From Chitinophagaceae bacterium (GTDB lineage: Bacteria; Bacteroidota; Bacteroidia; Chitinophagales; Chitinophagaceae): DNA of 64,000 nucleotides. Below the pieces are notes generated by a model, which saw nothing but the letters and a program-made list of their open reading frames with translations, was not told the origin of the DNA and searched no databases. Shown here one piece after another: positions 38,230 to 43,391 of this stretch (position 1 is the first letter of the stretch; each line of letters begins with the position of its first letter). The position numbers and the translations under genes are program-made. Location: NCBI GenBank assembly GCA_051006655.1, contig JBPCSZ010000038.1, positions 3,990 through 67,989 on the forward strand. The letters are read 5' to 3'.

Positions 38230-38283
38230 AGAGTAGGAGTAGGAGTAGGAGTAGGAGTAAGAGAAGGAGTAGGAGTAGGAGAA
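38230..38283. repeat. Hexanucleotide microsatellite (GGAGTA)n, 9 units
   Basis: The units are AGAGTA, (GGAGTA)x4, AGAGAA, (GGAGTA)x2, GGAGAA, lying 15 nt upstream (in the gene's sense) of the truncated four-helix-bundle ATG. The paralogous locus has 6 units. Confidence 0.9.
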
Positions 38284-38571
38284 ACAAGAAGAGTAGGAAT
38301 AAGCGGTGATTTTCTTACGCTTACTCCTACTCTTTATCTTACTGTTCAGCGGAGAGAGAGGTCTATGAACCTAAACTCCTAAGTATGTGATTTTCAATGA
38401 TTTACGTCTATCTTTAGCCAAAGGAGTCACCATTAGGAAACCAAGTCAAAAAAGTTGGGGGACTTGACTCTCTGCTTAGCCAGCCTTTGGATAATTCAAA
38501 TATAATGAACCCTTCGGAGAATCCCTAAAGATTTATCCACCAAATAAGCGTTCCTTTCAAGCTGAATCCAA

Positions 38572-40134
38572 TCAATCGAAAAGAGTTGCATAGGTAGATT
38601 CGATATTCTTGACTTCTCTGTCTGTCAACATGACGAACTCCTTTTCTCTGGCTCGTTTTGACAATACGCCCTGGTTTTGTTCTAGGACCCGAACTAATGT
38701 TGATACCATCTTATCTGGCATTTCATATTCCTCTTCCATGTACTTTTTGAACGAATCATAATTAGCCAAGAACTTAATTTCCTGTGGCACGATATTCTTT
38801 ATAGTATCCTCCACACAATCAAAAAGAAATTCAGCCTGACGGGTTGCATCAAAGAAACGATAATAGTCTAAAGTCTGGTTGATTACTTTTACGTTGTGAT
38901 CTGGCGTTTCTTCCCATTCAATAAAATCCAACAATGGTTTAGAATATAATTCCAAAACTTTTTGATAATCTTGGATATGATTCAAAATGGATGACGACAC
39001 CGGAAAAATAATGCCCTGATCCGTAAACCCTTTTTTGGCCAATAGGTGATGAATCAAATAACGGTGAATTCTTCCATTCCCATCTTCAAATGGATGAATA
39101 AAAACAAATCCGAATGCGACCATAGCAGCAGCAACAATAGCATGTATGTCATCCTTGATGAGCATTTGATTAGTATAAATCAAACCGTCAATTAGATCTT
39201 CTAAATCTTCATGCCTAGCTGAAATATGGTCAGGGATTGGCTCACCCGTAGAACGATCATGTTCGCCAACGAAGCCTCCTTTTTCCCTGAAGCCCATATC
39301 AACAAATCGGCTATTTTCTATAACCAGTTGCTGCAAGCGGATTAATTCGTCCTTGGTTAAGTCGTTTAGACCTGCCTGTCCGATTGCAGTACCCCACCGA
39401 GCGGCTCTCTTACTCTTGGGGCTTTCCCCCTCTATAGTAAAGGATGCCTTTGAATCTTTTAGCAATAAGAAAGCTGAAGCTCTTTGAATAATATCTTTTC
39501 GGATACCTGCAATTTGCATCCTGTTTAATTCAATGTAATCTTTTGCTAAGTGCGTTTCGATTTTTTTCGTTTTGCGCACCAGCGCACAAAACCTCCTTGT
39601 GCCAGGCAAGTTGTTCAACACTAAATGTCTGGGTGACTTTATTCCTGTTATTCCAAATTGCAATTTTTCGTCTATTACAGGTATATAGCTCTTTTTGGAT
39701 AGGTCGTTTTTGCCATTAATTAGACTTCCCGATACCCATTCCAAAAGAAACCATATCCTTCTAGAATACTGACCCAATGGTTCGATATTCACGAGCTCCA
39801 GCAACTCTGTATTGTTTAATTTCTCTTGCAACTTTGCGAAAAGCAATAAATCAACCCCCTCATATTTGAGCGCAAAAACCAAATGGTTAAATAGTGCTTC
39901 AACCCGGGTAAGCCCCATATGGTCTTGAGGCAAATAGGCATAGGGTAAGACTATCCATTCGTCTGTTTTTACTTGATGAGTCCTTTCTGATACCATGGCT
40001 TTCAGCAATGGTAGTGGCATCTCCAATTTAAACTTCTCAATAATTGCGGCATACCCAACTAACCAACCAGTGAATGGTTTCGCTTCTCCCTGAATTATGG
40101 GCGCAATGTTTGAAAAATGGGCGCTATCATTCAT
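38572..40134 (-). CDS. Fic/DOC family protein (AMPylase-type), 520 aa
   Basis: The Fic core motif HPFEDGNGRIHRYL is at aa 347-360. An inhibitory-helix-like motif SFTIEG ([ST]xxxE[GN]) is at aa 231-236. The roughly 220-aa N-terminal and 130-aa C-terminal regions have no family I can name. Confidence 0.9.
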   Translation of the reverse strand: MNDSAHFSNIAPIIQGEAKPFTGWLVGYAAIIEKFKLEMPLPLLKAMVSERTHQVKTDEWIVLPYAYLPQDHMGLTRVEALFNHLVFALKYEGVDLLLFAKLQEKLNNTELLELVNIEPLGQYSRRIWFLLEWVSGSLINGKNDLSKKSYIPVIDEKLQFGITGIKSPRHLVLNNLPGTRRFCALVRKTKKIETHLAKDYIELNRMQIAGIRKDIIQRASAFLLLKDSKASFTIEGESPKSKRAARWGTAIGQAGLNDLTKDELIRLQQLVIENSRFVDMGFREKGGFVGEHDRSTGEPIPDHISARHEDLEDLIDGLIYTNQMLIKDDIHAIVAAAMVAFGFVFIHPFEDGNGRIHRYLIHHLLAKKGFTDQGIIFPVSSSILNHIQDYQKVLELYSKPLLDFIEWEETPDHNVKVINQTLDYYRFFDATRQAEFLFDCVEDTIKNIVPQEIKFLANYDSFKKYMEEEYEMPDKMVSTLVRVLEQNQGVLSKRAREKEFVMLTDREVKNIESTYATLFD

Positions 40135-40227
40135 GTTTTGATATATATGGGCGCAAGATAGGGAAATTTTAGGCGCAAAAAAATATAAATGGGCGCAAAA
40201 CGTAATTGGAAATTAAAATCGAGCGCA
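40097..40227. repeat. Iteron-like array: six copies of (A/T)ATGGGCGCAA straddling the Fic start codon
   Basis: ATGGGCGCA is at 40097, ATGGGCGCT at 40117, ATGGGCGCA at 40147, TAGGCGCA at 40170, ATGGGCGCA at 40189 and CGAGCGCA at about 40220. Spacings are about 20, 30, 22, 20 and 30 nt, and all copies share one orientation. Confidence 0.75.
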
Positions 40228-40274
40228 ATCTTTTATGTGTCAACGTACAAAGTCCACGAATTGAATTTTTCCTA

Positions 40275-40401
40275 TCGGTCGGTGTCCCGAAGCTGACCGA
40301 GAACAAATTTAATCTCATTGAGAATTGCGTAAATGCAATTTTGTTTCCAATACCTATCCGAGAAGGCAATCATTCTCGGTCAGCCTCTCCCCACCGACCG
40401 A
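40275..40401 (-). other. Nested inverted-repeat element (possible structured RNA or MITE-like insert) between the four-helix-bundle and Fic genes
   Basis: The outer stem is TCGGTCGGTG (40275-84) with CACCGACCGA (40392-401). The inner stem is GCTGACCGAGAA (40292-303) with TTCTCGGTCAGC (40373-84). A competing partner CCGAGAA lies at about 40358-64. An internal AATTGC-N6-GCAATT is also present. The left repeat copy keeps only TCGGTC-N12-GACCGA (37932-55). Confidence 0.6.
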
Positions 40402-40580
40402 AATACCATTTACGTTGGACATTTATAGGTAAATAAATCATACTAATAAAAATAATGAACAATTCAGGTTAAATTATTTCTTTTTTTGACAAATAGTAAA
40501 TATAGTTTTGATGTTTGAATTTTGCATTGTTGAAATGAAAGGGATGTTAACTCTACAGAGGAGCTACTCTCAAAGGGGTA

Positions 40581-40928
40581 TTACTTACTTAAATTCTGTA
40601 TCATGATGTACAACATTCTCGATATTTCATCGGCTAACCCAAGATTTGTTTGATATTGTTCATCACTTAAACGATGTTCATCGTTTAATAGGTCCAATAC
40701 AGCTACGCATTCAAAAACAGAACCACGAGCAACGGTAAAATAATTTCTTCTATCGGCATTGGAGGTTTTGGCAAGTCCCTCTGCGATATTGAGTACAATA
40801 CTAAATGAAGCTCGACCCATTTGGTCAATTACATACTTCTCCGCTTTGTGTTCTTTTAATATCGTTTTACATGCTAAGTGAAACAATCTGGATTTCTTGT
40901 ATACGTCGAGGTTTTGGAAGTTGAACAT
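40581..40928 (-). CDS. Four-helix-bundle protein (23S rRNA intervening-sequence protein / DGR Avd-like family)
   Basis: 115 aa from ATG 40928: MFNFQNLDVYKKSRLFHLACKTILK...NIAEGLAKTSNADRRNYFTVARGSVFECVAVLDLL. These are family-typical motifs. The track's poly-Leu N-terminal extension is just the translated microsatellite. Confidence 0.85.
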   Translation of the reverse strand: MFNFQNLDVYKKSRLFHLACKTILKEHKAEKYVIDQMGRASFSIVLNIAEGLAKTSNADRRNYFTVARGSVFECVAVLDLLNDEHRLSDEQYQTNLGLADEISRMLYIMIQNLSK

Positions 40929-40942
40929 GGGGAGAGGTTTTA

Positions 40943-40978
40943 GGAGTAGGAGTAGGAGTAGGAGTAGGAGTAGGAGAA
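40943..40978. repeat. Hexanucleotide microsatellite (GGAGTA)n, 6 units
   Basis: (GGAGTA)x5 plus GGAGAA, 15 nt upstream of the four-helix-bundle ATG in the gene's sense. Confidence 0.9.
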
Positions 40979-40985
40979 ACAAGAA

Positions 40986-41027
40986 GAGTAGGAATAAGCG
41001 GTGATATTCTTACGCTTACTCCTACTC
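40986..41027 (-). terminator. Hairpin downstream of tRNA-Ser(UGA), probably a terminator
   Basis: GAGTAGGAATAAGCG-N12-CGCTTACTCCTACTC pairs at 14 of 15 positions. On the transcribed strand it is followed by TTCTTGTTTC. A copy is present in the left repeat. Confidence 0.45.
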
Positions 41028-41044
41028 TTTATCTTACAGTTCAG

Positions 41045-41129
41045 CGGAGAGAGAGGGATTCGAACCCCCGGACCTGTTACAGTCAACGGTTTTCAAGACC
41101 GTCGCAATCGACCACTCTGCCATCTCTCC
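41045..41129 (-). tRNA. tRNA-Ser (anticodon UGA)
   Basis: The reverse complement is GGAGAGATGGCAGAGTGGTCGATTGCGACGGTCTTGAAAACCGTTGACTGTAACAGGTCCGGGGGTTCGAATCCCTCTCTCTCCG. It shows a cloverleaf with anticodon loop CT-TGA-AA and a long variable arm. Confidence 0.9.
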
Positions 41130-41264
41130 GCGGCAAATATAAGGGCTTCCTTCATTTTACGAACACTTCAGGCTTAATTTATTTTCTCAACTCCACGAAC
41201 TGATATTCATCGTGTTTTTATCGAACACAATCGCTTAATTTTACCCCTTATCAATGCCCCAATT

Positions 41265-42281
41265 ATGAAGCCTGTTTATTACAGTGAGTACCTCCAACTC
41301 GATAAAATTTTAAATGCTCAAGACGAAGAAAGTAAAAAGAATGGCGTGCGCGCCGACGATGAAATGCTCTTCATCATCATCCATCAATCCTACGAACTCT
41401 GGTTTAAACAAATGCTCCACGAAGTGGGCATCGTTCGCGAAATTTTCGAAAAACAAACCATCGAAGATAATTCCGCCGATATGGCCAATGCCTTGCACCG
41501 CCTCGCTCGCGTTGGAAAAATTCTCGAAATGCTGGTGGGTAAACTCGGTATCCTCGAAACCATGACGCCCCTCGATTTCCTTGATTTTCGCGATTTCCTT
41601 CGCCCCGCCTCAGGCTTCCAAAGTATTCAATTTAAAATACTTGAGGCCTTGCTCGGACTCCCATTCGATAGGCGTTTTGGACAACAATACTACCTCTCGC
41701 AACTCAATTCAAGCGATGTGGAACGTGTGAAACACGCCGAACAACAAGTCTCCCTGTTTGTACTGGTCAGTCAATGGCTCGAACGCATGCCTTTCCTCAA
41801 AGCCAATGCCACTTGGGGCGAACACACTTCGTTTATGTCGGCCTACCGCGCCGCTTACGATGCGTCCTTACTGGAAAATGAAAAAGGCAATTTAAAATTA
41901 TTCGATATGCTGTTGGGCGAAGCCGGCGAGGAGGTTGCTCATCTCCGACTCAGCGCAGACGCCCGTCGCGCTGCCTTGTTCATTATGTTGTACCGCGATT
42001 ATCCCTTGCTCAATACGCCGTATCAAATTTTAAATGCCTTGCTCGATATCGACGAACTCTTGGCCCAATGGCGCTACCGCCACATGAACATGGTGCAACG
42101 CATGATTGGACGCCGCATTGGAACCGGTGGCTCAACCGGCGCCGATTACCTCAAAGCCGCCGCCGATTCGCACTATGTGTTCAAAGAATTTGCCGATTTA
42201 ACGTCATTACTCATTCCTCGCCACAAACTCCCGGCCATGCCCGCCGCCATCCTCAATTCCTTGTGTTACGGAAAAGGATAA
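41265..42281 (+). CDS. kynA: Tryptophan 2,3-dioxygenase
   Basis: 338 aa. YSEYLQLDKILNAQ, DEMLFIIIHQSYELWFKQ and the C-terminal GTGGSTGADYL are typical of bacterial TDO. Confidence 0.88.
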   Translation: MKPVYYSEYLQLDKILNAQDEESKKNGVRADDEMLFIIIHQSYELWFKQMLHEVGIVREIFEKQTIEDNSADMANALHRLARVGKILEMLVGKLGILETMTPLDFLDFRDFLRPASGFQSIQFKILEALLGLPFDRRFGQQYYLSQLNSSDVERVKHAEQQVSLFVLVSQWLERMPFLKANATWGEHTSFMSAYRAAYDASLLENEKGNLKLFDMLLGEAGEEVAHLRLSADARRAALFIMLYRDYPLLNTPYQILNALLDIDELLAQWRYRHMNMVQRMIGRRIGTGGSTGADYLKAAADSHYVFKEFADLTSLLIPRHKLPAMPAAILNSLCYGKG

Positions 42282-42346
42282 GGGCTTTTTTTTAGAAGCG
42301 CATCCATATTTCTTTATTCAACACCCGTCGTGTTTTTCGCTGCAAG

Positions 42347-42390
42347 GTTGGTATGTAGAGCCAGGGCATGCCCTGGCTCTACATACCAAC
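42347..42390. repeat. 44-bp perfect palindrome
   Basis: GTTGGTATGTAGAGCCAGGGCA|TGCCCTGGCTCTACATACCAAC has 22-nt arms with no spacer and no mismatch. It lies 66 nt downstream of kynA and is not followed by a T-run. Confidence 0.9.
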
Positions 42391-42503
42391 GCTTTCCGCT
42401 ACAACCACGGCTATCGCTCATCGTCTGAAGCCTTGTTCCGCTTTTTTCAACAGCCGGCATCTCTGAAATTGTCTAACAGCCGATAGATGTACTTCGGCTA
42501 GGG

Positions 42504-42634
42504 GGCTGCGGGATACGAAGGGGAAGACACACGCGCTAACGCGCGCGCATGAGCGTGAGCGACAGCGAGTGCGAGGGCGCGCGTGGGAGCGTGTGTGGCC
42601 GAAGCGGAGCGGAGCCCGAAGAAGCCCGACAATG
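42504..42634. repeat. GC-rich intergenic element (family member B)
   Basis: It starts GGCTGCGGGATACGAAGGGGAAGAC (24 of 25 identical to 14521-14545), has an internal GCGAGTGCGAGGG, and ends GGAGCGGAGCCCGAAGAAGCCCGACAATGG (compare 14601-14630). Confidence 0.6.
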
Positions 42635-42679
42635 GCTGAATGATATTTCTTCGCACACAGCCCCAAAGCAAAAAAAGAC

Positions 42680-42710
42680 AAAAAAAAGCCGGCTGAATCA
42701 TCAACCGGCT
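42680..42710 (-). terminator. Rho-independent terminator of the EGF-like lipoprotein gene
   Basis: AGCCGG-N12-CCGGCT hairpin with an A-run on the + strand, which is a U-run on the transcribed strand. It lies 20 nt beyond the stop at 42730. Confidence 0.6.
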
Positions 42711-42729
42711 TTTGTATTTAAGTTTAAAA

Positions 42730-43278
42730 TTATTTGCTCCAAACCGATGGTAAGGCACCACCACTACCGTATTCGTTTACTTGGCTGGTAGCCAAATTGG
42801 TTACTTTGTAGTACACCGAAACAATAGCGTGTTGGTAATAATGTTGGTTCAATGGATTGGTATCGGTAATGTAAGCCCAACCTTCTACACTGCGGGTATC
42901 GTTGGCGAAGTTTTGCAACGGAATCCATAACGTGTCTTTATAAACAGTTCCGGTTACTACGCTTTCCTGCAATAAGTTTTGGAAGTTTTTAATGAGGACT
43001 TGATTGATTTTTGGACCGTCTTCGATGCTTACCGTGTATTGGGCGGCACCACTCAAGGTTCCGTTTTCGTTCACATTGTAAATGCCTTTGAATTTAGCAC
43101 GAGTAACAGTTTCGCAATGTTCTCCTTCATAGCCGGTTTGGCAACTGCAAGCACCATCTAAACAAACGCCGCCGTAAGCGCAACTTACTTGTTTGCATTT
43201 GTCGGGTTTGCAAGATTCTACCACCACAGCAGTGAACAACGTGAAAGTAGCTAAAGCGGTAAAAATGATTCCTTTCAT
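42730..43278 (-). CDS. Lipoprotein with an EGF-like cysteine module
   Basis: 182 aa with a signal/lipobox (..VVVESC) followed by CKPDKCKQVSCAYGGVCLDGACSCQTGYEGEHCE, an EGF-type six-Cys pattern with a G-Y-x-G-x-x-C ending. Confidence 0.6.
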   Translation of the reverse strand: MKGIIFTALATFTLFTAVVVESCKPDKCKQVSCAYGGVCLDGACSCQTGYEGEHCETVTRAKFKGIYNVNENGTLSGAAQYTVSIEDGPKINQVLIKNFQNLLQESVVTGTVYKDTLWIPLQNFANDTRSVEGWAYITDTNPLNQHYYQHAIVSVYYKVTNLATSQVNEYGSGGALPSVWSK

Positions 43279-43391
43279 GTATGAATAATTTTTGTGTTAG
43301 ACGATTGGGGCTTGCTACGAGTTGGAAATGGAAGCCTGCACCGCTCGAATGTTTAACAAGGTAAATATAATGCGATTTTTGAGAATCGCAA

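Larger units (their letters stand above)
37922..38361. repeat. Left copy of the long direct repeat (degraded copy; ends in 12 nt of the tRNA-Ser 3' end)
   Basis: It aligns with 40266-41056 at about 97-98% identity in shared blocks. Relative to the right copy it has two deletions and three extra hexamer units. 38350-38361 (CGGAGAGAGAGG) is identical to 41045-41056, the 3' end of tRNA-Ser(UGA). Confidence 0.85.
38362..41056 (-). mobile_element. Putative integrated or accreted islet at tRNA-Ser(UGA): Fic gene, four-helix-bundle gene and repeats. No integrase is present.
   Basis: The segment is 2695 bp and lies between the displaced 12-nt tRNA 3' fragment and the intact tRNA 3' end. Content is accessory (Fic, four-helix-bundle gene). 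No recombinase ORF is present, so mobility is only inferred. Confidence 0.35.
40266..41056. repeat. Right (intact) copy of the long direct repeat
   Basis: See 37922-38361. It contains the nested inverted-repeat element, the intact four-helix-bundle gene, the 6-unit microsatellite, the tRNA-distal hairpin and the tRNA 3' end. Confidence 0.85.

Noticed and set aside
40581-40928. Diversity-generating retroelement, since the four-helix-bundle protein belongs to the Avd family
   Set aside because: There is no reverse transcriptase ORF, no template/variable repeat pair with adenine-specific differences, and no C-type-lectin target gene within the islet or nearby.
40929-40982. Poly-leucine N-terminal extensions (MFLLLLLL...KPLP) on both four-helix-bundle ORFs (also 38216-38287)
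   Set aside because: The Leu run is simply the (GGAGTA)n microsatellite translated from a TTG. The family's canonical N-terminus (MFNFQNLDVYKK...) starts at the internal ATG, so the tract is treated as 5' non-coding DNA.
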